A stretch of 52,527 nt of DNA, counting the filler, from Sphacelaria rigidula (taxonomy: Eukaryota): the NCBI GenBank assembly GCA_964200075.2. It is 3 parts of 3 records of this genome, joined end to end, with 100 filler letters (N's around TTAATTAATTAA, not from the genome) between each part and the next. Parts side by side here need not be neighbours in the genome. Positions count along the whole stretch, not along the records: positions 1 to 17,446 come from CAXNAA020001081.1; positions 17,547 to 34,987 come from CAXNAA020001082.1; 1 more part is not named here. The stretch is one strand, 5' to 3'. The position numbers were made by a program, and so were the translations under genes. Positions 13,517-25,836 of the stretch are shown here, piece by piece. The notes under the pieces were generated by a model. The model saw only the letters and a list, made by a program, of their open reading frames with translations. It was not told where the DNA came from and did no database searches. Each line of letters starts with the position of its first letter. The stretch's first letter is position 1.

Positions 13517-13978
13517 GTAAGAGAAAAAAAAAAAGCAGAGAACAATCTCATTCTTCTCAACACGCCCATTGAAGAAAGGAAAGAAATGAACCAACCACCG
13601 CGTGTGCTAGGTGGGCGTATGAGCTCATGCTCGCGCCGGGCATTGGACTCGATGGCAAGGGCAACAGGGGCGAGAACCGTTCCTTGTTTTCCACTCTCAG
13701 AATTCAGGGTGGAAAAGACGAGTGTGATTTCCAGGCGCCGAGTATCACACCTGGCAGATGCCCCTCCAGGTTCACCGCAAAGGCGAAAATATACATTTCC
13801 CAGTGTGGATGATCGAAGGCTGAGTTCATAGAGGATGTTTAGATACGATGCTCGCCGCGAAGGAGCGGCGCGGTTCGGGAATCGGTTTCAAGCCGCCCCT
13901 ATGACTGCGCGGTAGTTGTAAACCTGGGAAGGAGGGGTGCGGGGGTGAGGGTAAGTGTTGCCATTTGGTTGTACCATG

Positions 13979-14234
13979 GAGTGATGCTACGGTAGGGGTA
14001 CACAAATATTTTCTGAGGTTGGAATTGTTAGAAGCCCTTTCTCTCATCCAGAACACGACTTATGAATATGCGAAAGTACGCCAAGATTACTATATAAATG
14101 TGCTGGGGATATCCCGAATCAAGATGGAACGGGGATGCCCTGACCCATATTCTTGTGCGTCTAGAATCGGCAGGAGCCCCCCTGAACCAGACAAAATTTC
14201 GCGAAAAAATTGCACCCCCACCGTAGCATTGCTC
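13979..14234. mobile_element. MITE with GAG...CTC termini and 4-bp TSD (Sola2-like), intronic
   Basis: TIR GAG(C/T)(A/G)ATGCTACGGT(A/G)GGGGT; TSD CATG; second copy at 25576-25836. Confidence 0.85.
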
Positions 14235-14290
14235 CATGCATGGAAATGAACGGCATTCCTCTGTTGTGAACTCGACGAATGGAAAATCAG

Positions 14291-14705
14291 GATGGAAAAG
14301 CGAGGCATCGACAGCGGGAGGGTAGCTGTCTCCTTCGCCGAATCCACGCTATTTCGCAAACTCGCGAAGCCGGTCACCATCCCGGGGAAATTCTGGCTCA
14401 CGTTCAAGGTGATCGAAACGACGAACGTGGGCGAACGGAAAGCGCGAAGCTCCAGTGGTGACGAAGATTTGACAATGACACAGGCTGCGCCACCAGGGGG
14501 GCGTTCCTCTGGGGAGGAGGGCAGGGGGTGGGGAACGCGACTGGGACTCGGCGGGAAGAGGCGGAGGAGGAGGAGAGCGGCGATTTGCAACCCGTTTGGC
14601 GGGGGAGGGGCCGGGTGCTTCGTTGTGCCAGTTCGCCAACCGGTATATGCGGAGGCCGCAACTGCCGGTGGCTTATCTCATGGACGACGGGTCGGAGGAA
14701 GTTGA
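14291..14705 (+). CDS. Terminal exon of the same gene (MEKRGIDSGRVAVSFAESTLFRKLAKPVTIPGKFWLTFKVI...), remote FAM210/DUF1279-like
   Basis: cag acceptor completes the Trp codon TG|G; open to TGA at 14703-14705. The family is inferred from the motif pattern only. Confidence 0.75.
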
Positions 14706-16039
14706 CAAACGACTCGCGTATCCGGGGCGGCATTGTAAGGCTTTTACGGGTGTGGCATTGAAGGGGAGGGGGGTGTACTCGTGCGTGTGTTATATTTCGA
14801 GTTGGGGAGCGATGCTCCGGGTTTGTCGTCGGGCTTTTGCATTTGGCCGGGAAAAGCAGTTTCGGATTCGACATATGTGTCACCACCGTGAATTTGGTGC
14901 TTTCGGACGCAGCGCTTAACCCGAAATCAGGGAATGAGCGAGTATTAACGGAGAATTGTGTGTTGGTATTGTGTTCGGCTTGTCACGGACTTGTCACGGA
15001 CTCGCTCTATTCTTTGGTGTGCTTTGTCTGTGCGCTGTTAGGGGGTTTGTGGCAGAGAGAGGGGGCGGGGTGGAGGGCAGATGGGGTAACGGTTCCCCCA
15101 CGGCGGTTGTTTGACTTGGCCACCCTTTCCTCGTGGAAATATCATTCGAATACTGAACGCCGCTTTCACGGCGAGTTACGGGCGTGGTCTCCGCTGGTGC
15201 AGTACCCGGCACGCAAGTCGGTAGTGGTTCAAAAGGAACTTGAATCGTATTTGCATCTTTTGTGCGCAGCGGCCAGATGGCTGTTCCTTTTCTTCTCGCG
15301 GTTTGGTAAGAAAAGATCGCCAGGATTATTTGAGGCGACGGTCACAACAGAGATTTCCCCCCCGGATGAGAGCGCCGCACCAATACCAAAGTATTGAATG
15401 CCTGTACCATGACATTGTACCCGGTGGTGATGGCAACTTATGAGGGGCAGGAATAAAGCACGCTGTTTCTAATTGCTTGAAATATTCCTGTTTTTCCTTG
15501 CTCTACGACTTTCCCCCCCCTTTATTCAATCTCTTTGCGTGTTATCCAATTCTCCTAGACTTCGATGGGGATAGCAAGGGGGATGGCGAAAGTAATGATC
15601 CTCTCGTTGTTCGGCTGCTCTCGTACCTACCCCTTACCCTGGACCGCGGCTACGGAGCGCGTCATTCATGATGACGTAGCATTTGGATAGTGGCTGGGAC
15701 TAGTGCGGGACGACCTAGCGGGAATCTGCCGGGAAATTGCTCGCGTCTCAACGCCGGCTTGCTGCGGGCCCTTGAGAATGTAGGGCGGCGGCGATGGCAC
15801 GAACACGATACGTGCTTCAATACAACTTTACGCTTCCGTGCAACGACACATCACCATACCCCTGGTGCGTGCGGCAGCCCTTCATTTTAGAGCCATACTT
15901 ATAACAAGAGCCCAGCCGAGACCACTCCGGTTTCACCGCCGCAATCCAAGATCGCAACGTCACAAACACCGGAATAAATTGAAATTGGAAGCGCCCTGGG
16001 CACAGGGCGATCTATTCATAATGACGTAGCATTTGGACC

Positions 16040-16889
16040 CTCGCTTAGCCGTTTTCTTGCCCAGATCGGTCTCAAGTTGATATGGGTTGGGAGGCGTGGC
16101 AAACACAATGGGGATTTGAAAGCAGAAAAAAGCGCCAGGGCTACCTGCTGCTGCTTCATTGATCCACGCAACGACTGCATTTTCGACAGAGCGGGAATCT
16201 GCAATTCCTGCGGTAACCCCGTGTCGAGATTCAATCATGAATGGAGGATCATTCCTGGTAGCAGCGATACTGTAGCACGGAATTTCTGTCTTCACACTTA
16301 ACTATAGTCTCTGGTATTGGAATCTTTGCCAGCGTCCCCTATATGTCATATTTCGCGGAAATATCGAGAACACGTGCTCAACACAATTTCACTCCGCAGA
16401 GCGAAGACCCTACTGGCGTGTCGTGACGGCCCTATCCTAGGAATGCTGCGGAAGCAAGGGTGGATTCAGAAGCGTTGTACGTGGTGTGGCAAGCTTGATC
16501 GGTTTCCGATTTTTCGTTGTTCCGCGCCCTCCAGGGACGACCCTTAAAATAATACTTTTCGCGATTTTTTGCGGGGAAACGGAAAGATGCAACGCAAGCG
16601 GAGATTTTAAGCATTACTCTCAAAGCAAGTGCAACGGTAAGACTTCCGCATACATCCGGTGCTGCCAAGATTGAACCTAAGCTTGAGGCCATTCTTGGCG
16701 ACAGCGGAAACATGTTTTCTACGTATATACACACTTGATTTTCAGTGTTCATTAGAGCTCGGAAATGGTACCAGTAATAAGTGGCCATTATCATTAGAAT
16801 GGTAAAACTGGTGATGACTATATGAAAAATTGGATAATGGTTTCGAACCATTACTTACCGTTACCGGCTTTATCAGCCGTTACCGGCTA
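16040..16889 (+). mobile_element. Probable hAT-like transposon remnant and right end
   Basis: Ends in repeated CCGTTACCGGCT(A), also present at ~26306-26320; degenerate coding fragments upstream. Confidence 0.35.
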
Positions 16890-17111
16890 CGTGAGCTACA
16901 TACAGCACACGTCTTTTTAAGCTCTAGTGAAGCCGAATTGCGTGAAAATGTGCCTCCGGCACAGCACCTCTAGCTGGGCCCTCATGGGGCGCCTCCGACT
17001 GGGACCCCTCTGCCGGGAAGGAGCTTTTTGGCTCGCGGCTGCGCCCCTCGATGACCAAATCATTATGTACCATTTAACTGGTCAATTGGTTAGACAAACC
17101 ATTTTCGAGGT

Positions 17112-17388
17112 CTAGTTTTAACGGTGTTTTTTGTGAGATTGAGAGTAGAGAATACGATTGCGAGGAGTGGTCAATTAATGAATGAAACGTATCATCCCCG
17201 AAATGACTCTCCACTGAAGCCCTTGATATCCCTGAGTAAGATATGGACGTGTAGCTGTAAGCACACGCCAGCGTAAGAGACGAAGAAAAGCACAAACATA
17301 ATGAAAGACTGGTCAACTTCAAGCGAACGATAGAACCCACTCTCAATCAACGCTCTACTCTCAATCTCACGAAAACGTCATTTGACAG
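17112..17388. mobile_element. MITE-like inverted repeat
   Basis: GTGAGATTGAGAGTAGAG and its reverse complement CTCTACTCTCAATCTCAC within ~50-bp imperfect arms. Confidence 0.6.
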
Positions 17389-17446
17389 GGTTGCCAGAAA
17401 AATGAGAACGTATTTTGAAATGAGAATCAACCGCTCCCCGGGATTG

Positions 17447-17546
17447 NNNNNNNNNNNNNNNNNNNNNNNNNNNNNNNNNNNNNNNNNNNNTTAATTAATT
17501 AANNNNNNNNNNNNNNNNNNNNNNNNNNNNNNNNNNNNNNNNNNNN
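17447..17546. other. Artificial contig linker N44-TTAATTAATTAA-N44
   Basis: Exactly 100 bp; six-frame-stop spacer; identical to 34988-35087. Confidence 0.97.
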
Positions 17547-17617
17547 GGGGGGGGGGGGAGTGTAGGGTGGGTGATTGACGAAAAGAAAAAAGAAAAAAAA
17601 AAAAAAAAGAAAGGGAC

Positions 17618-17678
<61 letters not shown>

Positions 17679-17804
17679 GTGTCCGAAACCTTCTCCGCGC
17701 AGACCCCTGGATACTCCTCCTGTCAAAATCTAACCACCACATGCACAAAGATCTATCGACCTTGGTGCTTACAGCGATATATCAACTCTTAGACTATTCG
17801 AGAA

Positions 17805-17952
17805 TGAAATGAGTGGGAGGCAATCAGACCAGTCCTTGCAGGAATCACGCCCCTGACCCTTATCCCAACACCAACCTTAACCTTGCCCCTAAAAATGGGG
17901 ATGTTACAGTACCGATGCAGTTTCGTAAACATGCGGCCTCCCACGCATTACA
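17805..17952. mobile_element. TG...CA MITE family with telomere-like core, diverged copy
   Basis: Homologous to 25219-25423, 28868-29053 and 32980-33161. Confidence 0.65.
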
Positions 17953-18151
17953 CACGAGTACGTCGCCATTCGGCGCGCGGGTTCGTGCCATTCAGGTGCT
18001 TGTATCGGGTGTCTCTCCATGTATTCTCTCACATTTTAAACGTTCCAGTCAACCACTTTCACAATAGCGGTTCGGCAGCATTGTAGCTTTGCCTTTTATC
18101 ACTACCTCCTTGCTCCCTACTAAAGGTGCCTCGGGCTGCATTTTATCTCAC

Positions 18152-18232
18152 CTCCATTTTCTTCTGCACTGTTGCTGACAAAAGTCGTACTACCATGAAT
18201 GGTGACGTCGCCGTCGAAGACATCGATAGCAC
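18152..18232 (-). CDS. 81-nt repeat exon 6: (G)AIDVFDGDVTIHGSTTFVSNSAEENG(G)
   Basis: Pyrimidine tract plus cag acceptor, G|gtgaga donor, phase 1-1, no stop; GGAI and FxxN motifs. Confidence 0.9.
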
Positions 18233-18322
18233 CTGCGGGGAGAGCAAGAAGGACGCACTGAGCCTTCAAAAGCGCGTGAGGGACGGGTTGTCACACCTGC
18301 ACTGATTTCGTCACGCAAACAC

Positions 18323-21300
18323 TTGGTGAAGGGTTGGCCGAAGCATCGTGTTCAAAACAATGCTCAAGGAAATGCGCGAGATTCATCAGGATCTCACGGC
18401 GGTAGCCACGGTGGACGGGGCTGTGCCAACGATGGACGCGGGCGCGGCGGCCGCTGTAGCAAGCAATCGGCGGCGAATAGTGGTTCCTCCGCTGCTGCCT
18501 CTTCCACTAAGTCATCAGGTGGTGACTCTGGATCTTCTGGTTCCTCCGTGTCGGGGCGGACAGTGTACGTAGGGAGTGCAAATGCTTCGGTGGGGAGTGC
18601 TGGAGCGAATAATTTGCTACCCCTCGGCCAGGCAGGACCCTTGTCTGGTGCATCTTCTACTGCTACGACGGCTATAACAGCGCCATCTGCATCTTCGGCG
18701 ACGTGGTCTGGGTGGATCGCCGATTCACAATTATCGATGCCGAGTACTGGAGCGCAGCCCTGGCGTCAGATGACAATCTTTACCGACCAGGGTTCATCGG
18801 CAGGTGTGGTGCCTTTCGATCGCAATGCAGAGGTTTCACGCGCAGATCTTGCCTTGCCTAGTTCCGTAGGTTCGTTCATGACCCGCGTTATTCTGGATGC
18901 TGGGTCTGCGCTCACGTCAATCGGTGTGGGGTTGCTGGAACAAATGTCGTCGCAGTTTGGCGGCGCTCAGCTGCAGATTCCCCTCGAAAATTGGCCACAA
19001 ACGGCAAAGAACGCCACGGGTTCTCCCGTGAAGGTGACACATGAAACGGTGCCGTTTGCTGTTAGCATGCGTACGCCTTAGGGGGCTGTGGAGTTGCAAC
19101 CCATTACTTGCGCTGTCATGCCCGGTAGGGACAGAGTCGTTTTATTTGGGATTGATTTGTGTCCGCTGGCATTGGATGAGTTACGCCCGCGTGCTACGCA
19201 TGTGCAAACCGGCGTGGAAACCCCAGCTATTTTGCTGCGAGGAGTGTGACCGTATCCATACGGTCGTTCCAGAGGGTCAACGAGGAGGAGGCTCATGCAG
19301 ATGAAGCGGTGGAGCGCCTGGTTGATCGGGGACCGGACATGTTTATGGACCCTGCGGAGGAGAGGAGGTGCACGAGAACGTGCGCTAGAGGACAGCATGC
19401 AGCTGGCCGAGCAGAAGGGTCTGAGCGCCGATGGCGCATATCGTCTGCGTTATATTTTGGCTCGTCGCGTGATGAAATTTCGGTGTGCGCTGCGTGGTGA
19501 TCTGCCAGCGCGCGTGGAGCCAATGAGGCTGCAGCTCAAGTCACAGGCGAAGACTGTGAAGGTCAAGCTTCGCCATTACCATCCGGTGAACACCGGGTGG
19601 TTTCCTTCATGCATCACAGCTTTGGTGGCGTCTGGTTCGTTGGTTAGGAACATTCAGGCTATGTCGGCGAGTCCGGCGATGCCGGTGCCGAGAAAGGACG
19701 CATTCCGTTTGGTCAGCGACTACCAGACGGTGAACGCGCAAGTGGAACGGTCTCCGGGGGTGATGAAAAGCCAAGAAGACATGCGGGAGTTGCTGGAAGC
19801 CCAATGCTTCGGCAAGTTTGACCTGCTACAGGGGTATTGGCGGATGCCCCTGGCGCCGGAGGCTTATGCGATCCTCGCGATTGTCACGCCTGGCGGTTTG
19901 TTACGCCTGCTCGTGTCCCACAGGGTGTGTTGAACGCCACAGCGTATTTCCAAGGTGTGCTGACTGACGTTTTGCGAGGTCTAGACTGCAAAGTGTGGGT
20001 GGATAACGTTTTATATTTTGCTGAAACCGAAGAAACAATGTTAGCTTTGCTTGACGAAATTCTTGGCCACTTGGAAAGTGTTGGTCTGTTCGTCGCTGCG
20101 CGTAAGTGTACTTTTTTCGCACGCGAAGTGGTTTGTCGTGGCAGGATTTACTCCAAGGGTACTGTTTCGCATGATCTCACCCGCATCCGAGATTTGAGCA
20201 ATATGCGACGTCCTCAAAACGCTAGTGAGTTGATGCAGTTTCTGCAGGCGGTGAATTGGTTGCGGACTTCGCTCCCGCGCATGGCGGAAGTAGTTGCTCC
20301 GCTTCGTGTGTTTTTGAAACAACTCATGGGTAGGACTTTGCGTCGGACCAAGCGGGTGGCGCGTAATCGTATCATCCCGGAGGGCGCTTGAACGGAGAAT
20401 CGTGTGCGGACATGGCGTGCTGCGCAAGATTTGGTGGCGCAAGCGGTGCCGCTGTATCATCCTCGCCCAGGGTGCGTTGTTCTGATATTTCCAGATGCTT
20501 CGGATTTTTACTGGGGTTGTTTTTTCAACGTAAGTGCCTTTCACACTTTATTCGTGACATTGCGCTCGAAAACATGTCACACGAACCGTTGGCGTTTCTG
20601 AGTGGTGACTTCAGGGGTTCACCGTTGCGGTGGACGACAGTGGATAGATAAGGTTTCGAGATAGTCAGTACATTTCGAAGGCTAGAGTACTTGCTTTGGG
20701 GTGGTGTTGGCATTTTCACCGATCATCAAAATCTGAAATACACTGTTAACCCCGACGAGTGTGTCATATCGGTGACGAAGGCCATGGCCCAACGGCTTGA
20801 AATTGGAAGTTGGAACGGAGTACTAGGCCAATACCGGTGTGCCATTAAACACATTCCTGGAGAGCACAATTCGTTGGGGAGATTTGTTCTCTCGTTGGAT
20901 GAAGGTTCCTACTGTGCCTGTTCGTTCTGTTGCCGTGTACAGCCTGTGTGATACCGATGATTCGCTGCTCCCGTTACATGTCATTCGTACCGCGCAGCGC
21001 AAAACAGTCGGCGACGGTGTTCGTTCTTGTCCTACGACGTTCGGTCAAGCGGCCTCGGCTGACGGTGGTTTGATTCGCGTGCGTGTTGGCAGTAGTGATG
21101 TTTTGTGGATCCCGTAGGATAATAAGGCTGTACAAACTCGCTTGATGGTGTACGGTTACATGCGGTCGGCTGATCACCGTGGTGTGGCGCCGACTCTGTT
21201 TCGGTCGAAAGAATACTGTGTGTGGCCTCACATGGATTCCCACGTTCGCGAGTTCGTTCGCCAGTGTTTGCATTGTGTAGACACTCGTGCTGGTGCCATT

Positions 21301-22153
21301 GTACCTCGTCCGTATGGCGATACTGTGCATGGTACTGCGCCAGGTGAAGTTGTTCACTTTGATTTTATGTACGTCGGAGATAGCGGAACTGAAGGTGCGA
21401 CGAATAATGGTCTGCCTGATTAGGATGGTTTTCGGTACGTTTTGGTCGTCATGGATGATTCGTCCAATTTCGTTTGGTTGGAGCCGACCGAGTCTTGCAC
21501 CGCCAAGGTTACAGCTGAGTACTTGATGCATTGGTGCAAGACTTTTGGGGTGCCGTGTATGTGGGTTAGTGATACCGCCACGCACAGGTTGTTTGTGCGC
21601 TACGGTCCATTTTGTCGGAACAAAGACGGCCGGTATCTGAATGGGTTACTGTTTTGCCAGCCGCTCAGTGGGCGTTGAATACGTTGGTTTGGTGCTGAAA
21701 AACGTACGTTGGAATCTCTTCGCAAGGTTCATTTGTATGCGCCTAAATTTGTTTCGAAGGAACTGCGTAAACTGCGGCTGACTCGGGCGCTGACCAGTAA
21801 ATTAGCGTCGGAGTGTGGTATTTCTTTGTGATCTGGCGCATGCGGTTTTGCCTTGGTTTCTGTAGTTTGTCAAACTCATTCGTTTGTCTTGAACCCACTT
21901 TGAGGGTGCTGCAGCCAAATGATACGAAGGCGTAGGTTTCGGTATAACCGCATGCATGATTGGAGCAGTGGCGGGGAACAGGGGATCCTGGATTGATGGT
22001 CCTATTCTGTGTGACCCCTTGTTGCCGAGCTCGTGACCTGTTGAGGATCACCCCGGGATAACAACAAGTTAGACTAAAGGACTTGTTGAGCACGAGGCCA
22101 GTGATACTGGAGGAGTCCCTCGTTAAAATTCCTCTTGTGCAGATCGTCTAGCA
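18323..22153 (+). mobile_element. Decayed, 5'-truncated Ty3/Gypsy LTR retrotransposon, antisense within an intron
   Basis: Order: protease (VILDAGS), RT (ASPAMPVP..FRLVSDY, FDLLQGYW, PQGVLNA, WVDN), RNase H (FPDASD, IFTDHQNL), integrase (H..H..CLHC, VHFDFMYVG, VSDTATH); frameshifts and stops; possible 3' LTR at ~21980-22153. Confidence 0.93.
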
Positions 22154-22170
22154 GAGGCTATTCATCTCAC

Positions 22171-22251
22171 CTCCAATTCCTTCTGCACTGTTGTTGACAA
22201 AAGTCGTAGTACCATGAGTGGTAACGTCGCCGTCGAAGACATCGATAGCAC
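22171..22251 (-). CDS. 81-nt repeat exon 5: (G)AIDVFDGDVTTHGTTTFVNNSAEGIG(G)
   Basis: cag acceptor, gtgaga donor, phase 1-1, open frame. Confidence 0.9.
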
Positions 22252-23795
22252 CTGCGGCGAAAGCAAGAAGGACGCACCGAGCCTTCAAATGTGCGTGAGG
22301 GACGGGTTGTCACGCACTGATTTCATCGCGCAAACCACTCGCAACATGTGTCACCTTGGGGGTTCCGTACGCTACGAAGACAATTCTTACCTTCCGATGC
22401 TCAATTCTGTACACCGGTGCTGTCTTGGAGAGAGACGGCAGCGGCACGTCTGCACCAAACAAATTCAGTTGGCAATGTTTCCGCACTGAATATAAGGTAG
22501 GATACTCGGAGCTTCGCATGAAGCAGAGGAATCTGAGTAATGAAGATTGAAGATATAAATTATGTTCAACCCAAATCGGTGCTCTCCCTGATCTCAAGTC
22601 ATGACAAATGACTTTGATATGGACGACTGTATCCCTCCCCGACCTCCCTCGAACAATATTCGGGAATTTTCCGTCTTCCGTTACGCCAAAGGGTACGTGC
22701 AAACGCACAATCTTCGGTCTATCAATCGTCCCTTTTTCCTTCCTCGATATCGAGGCAAACGTTTGCTTTCGCACACACACTTCGAGAGAATAGAAGGCTG
22801 GAACCTTCCAAGAAAACAGTTCGAGGTGGGTCTTGAGGTGAGGTCGTCCATATGAACATTATCTGTTATGCCGTAAGGTCCGAGAAAGCACTGGTTTTGC
22901 GTCAACGCTCATTTCCATGTTTGAACAATATTTCCAAGGGTCTTCTGTTCATAAACGTGCGGCGACACACATCACGGTGTTGTTTCCCCTCGCTCTGATA
23001 CCCCTCTGCCAAATATCATTTTCCTTGTCCGTTTGCCCGAAAATGATGACATCGGTCATGTTCAACATCACCATGGAGCTACATAGAGTGCTGACTGTTA
23101 CATGCAGTACGCAGGGCAAGCTTGTTCAAAAAGTGAGGCTCGTGGAGTGGATCGACCACTTCTGATCATGCAGGAGGGTGTGCGGCTGCGGTCGCCGATG
23201 AAGGGTGAGCTCGCAGTCGAACCCACACAGTGTTGGGTGTGCGCGTTAGCCTTTTTAGCCAACAGACCCAACGCGATAGGAACGTAAAACCGTCAAAACA
23301 TAGGACACACTACGTCACCACTCTGCAGTGCATTGTAGATCCCCGAATTGTGGTGGATCCTGGCAATTGCCCGGTTATCATTAATGGGGTTTACCAATGG
23401 AACCATGCATCACGAAGTTGCAGGCTGTCAGCACCAACCCCACCTCATACATCAGAGTCTACAGACGAGTGCTGGCTTACACGGCACAGTACCTCCTCCA
23501 AATGAGTAATGTCATCCACAGCTTGCAGGATACCGATACCAAACCGAGCGCACATGAACCAGATGTGGTCCGGAATCGACACAATCACGAAACCTCCTGC
23601 CAAAATCAAACCAACACGCACAAAGATTCATTGATCTAGGCGTTCACAGCCACGAAGCGACTTTGCGAGAAATCGACGGGGTGTTTTCAAGCGTGACTCA
23701 ATTTGGCGGTGCGACATCGAGTACGTTGCCATTCAGCGCATGGTGTCTTGCGGTGAGGGTGCTTCAATGAGGTGTTTCTCCATATCTTCTCACTA

Positions 23796-24392
23796 CTTCC
23801 TCTGTCCCATAAGTCTGGTTGGTTTTGTTTATACGAGCCCTTACCGTTGTCTGATCTGATTTTCGATGCTTTTATCGCTTTCTTCACCGTTTTTGAGGTA
23901 GAACAACATTTTTTGTTTTTGCAACATGCTGTTGAACCATGCGGCCGAACGGTCGCAAAAGAATCAGTCGGCCAAAAAATGGTCGCCAATCCCCTTTTTC
24001 CCGGGGGCAAAAAGTGTTGGAAAAAAAAAGCTTTTATTAACCGTCCTCGGCCTCAGCCAGGAAGTTCCAAGCCCTTTTTAAGGTATCCGCTTCGTATTTG
24101 ACCACCCTTTCTAACGTCCCCGCCCTCTGCCGTACCCTCACCCCGGTATGCTCCACACTAAAGTCGTTATCGCCCATCTTTCGGAGTGTTTGGTCAATAA
24201 GTGTTTCAAAAGTAGCCAAAATGGGGGATATCATGACCTAATTTTAGTATTGAAAACGAACGTTTTTCTTTTTTATCTGCCACGTCTGCGTTCTATCTTT
24301 CTATAGAACCCAACTATAAGAGTAATCGTCAACACCATCCCACCCAAACAAAAAAACGCCCATAACCGACCAGACTTGTGGGACAGAGGACC
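23796..24392. mobile_element. Stowaway-like (Tc1/mariner) non-autonomous element
   Basis: TIR core TCCTCTGTCCCA(T/C)AAGTCTGGT; flanking TA; interrupts the repeat unit; similar terminus at 52462. Confidence 0.75.
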
Positions 24393-24511
24393 TAAATATT
24401 TCACGATTTCCCGTGAACAACTTTCTCGATAACGGCTCGGCAGCACTGCCGCTCCGCCTTCCATCACCACCACATCTTTCCCTACTAGATGTGCTTAGGC
24501 CTGCGTCTCAC

Positions 24512-24592
24512 CTCCCAACTTCTCTGCACTGTTGCTGACGAACGTCGCACTGCCGTCAGAGACGACGTCGCCCCCGACGACATGGATAGCAC
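24512..24592 (-). CDS. 81-nt repeat exon 4: (G)AIHVVGGDVVSDGSATFVSNSAEKLG(G)
   Basis: cag acceptor, gtgaga donor, phase 1-1, open frame. Confidence 0.9.
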
Positions 24593-25218
24593 CTGCGGCG
24601 AGCGAAAAGGACGTGCCAAGCCTTCAAATGAGCGTGAGCGACGGGTTGTCACACGTACGCTGATTTTGTCGCGCAGAACACTTGAAATACGTGCCGCTTC
24701 GGAGGTTACGTACAAAACGAAGACAATCTTTGCCTTGCGATGCTCTGTTGTGTACACCGGTGCTGTCTTGGAGATAGACGGTAGCGCCACATCCATGTCA
24801 AATCATTTATGTTGCAAATGTTCCAGGAAAGCATACGACACAAAACACAAGCACGTGCAATATGCCATATATAGTCTGTAGTACAGTATCATAGCGCACA
24901 GCACAGCAGCACAGACAATATTAAATGACAACTGTAATTTCTCTGGTTGCTTTGTTCTTTCTGTCTACTTCAATATTTTTCCCAATTTCGACCCCCTCCG
25001 TGTTTTTGTTTTTGCACTTTGTTTCCTGGGTCAGACCCATCTTGCGACCTCGGCTGGATTCGAAGCGGATCGATTCATGCGAGACATCCAATTTAACGGT
25101 CATCAATCAATTACATGTTAATTTTCCGTTTTTCCTTGTCCTTCATTTGATTTCCATGACTTTTCACTTTGAGTGAGGTAACAAGATGCGTCTTCATCAG
25201 CTTCTGCATGATGCGTGC

Positions 25219-25423
25219 TGTAATGTGGGAGAGAAACGCGTGCTCCGGGGACCGCATCGGAGTTTAAACGCCCCTATGATTACGCTTAAGGTTGGTGTTG
25301 GGGTGAGGGTCAGGGGCGTGGTCCTTGCAGGGACTGGTCCGATTGGATTTAGGAAATATCGATCCTGACGTGTTTTGAACTCCAATGTGATCTCCTGAGC
25401 ACGCGGTCCTCTGACGCATTACG
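25219..25423. mobile_element. TG...CA MITE family with telomere-like core
   Basis: ~28-bp imperfect TIR; 5-bp TSD CGTGC/CGTAC. Confidence 0.75.
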
Positions 25424-25575
25424 CGTACAGCGTACACTCACTGTGCCAGATTGTGATGAAAACTGCAGTCAACAGTCTGCCTACCATATGTCTTGTCTAT
25501 ACTGTACGGCAAAAGGGAGGAGGCATATAGCTCAAGATGCAATACATCAACTACCCGATAATAAGCAACGATGCA

Positions 25576-25836
25576 GAGCAATGCTACGGTAGGGGTGCCA
25601 TTTTCATTTTCGCGGAGTTTTGTCTGGTTCAGCGGCTCCAAAAGATTCTAGACGCACAAGAATATGGGCCAGGGCATCCCCGTTTGCAGATTCATTCGGG
25701 ATATCCCCAGCATATTGGAATAGTAATCCCGGCGTACTCTCGCATATTTTCATAAGTCGTGTTTTGGATGAGATAAAGGGCTCCAAACAATTCCAACCTC
25801 GCAAAATATTTGTGTACTCCTACCGTAGCATCATTC
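25576..25836. mobile_element. Sola2-like MITE, copy 2 (opposite orientation)
   Basis: Homologous to 13979-14234; TSD TGCA. Confidence 0.85.

Noticed and set aside
12738-13520. 260-aa ORF
   Set aside because: Mostly intron read-through; only 13395-13516 behaves as an exon.
17547-17676. Poly-G and poly-A tracts giving poly-Pro/poly-Gly ORFs
   Set aside because: At a contig edge; most likely low-complexity sequence or a sequencing artefact, not coding.
22214-23639. Long ORFs recurring in the tandem units
   Set aside because: Frames are not conserved between copies (indels, stops); only the 81-nt exons keep length and frame.
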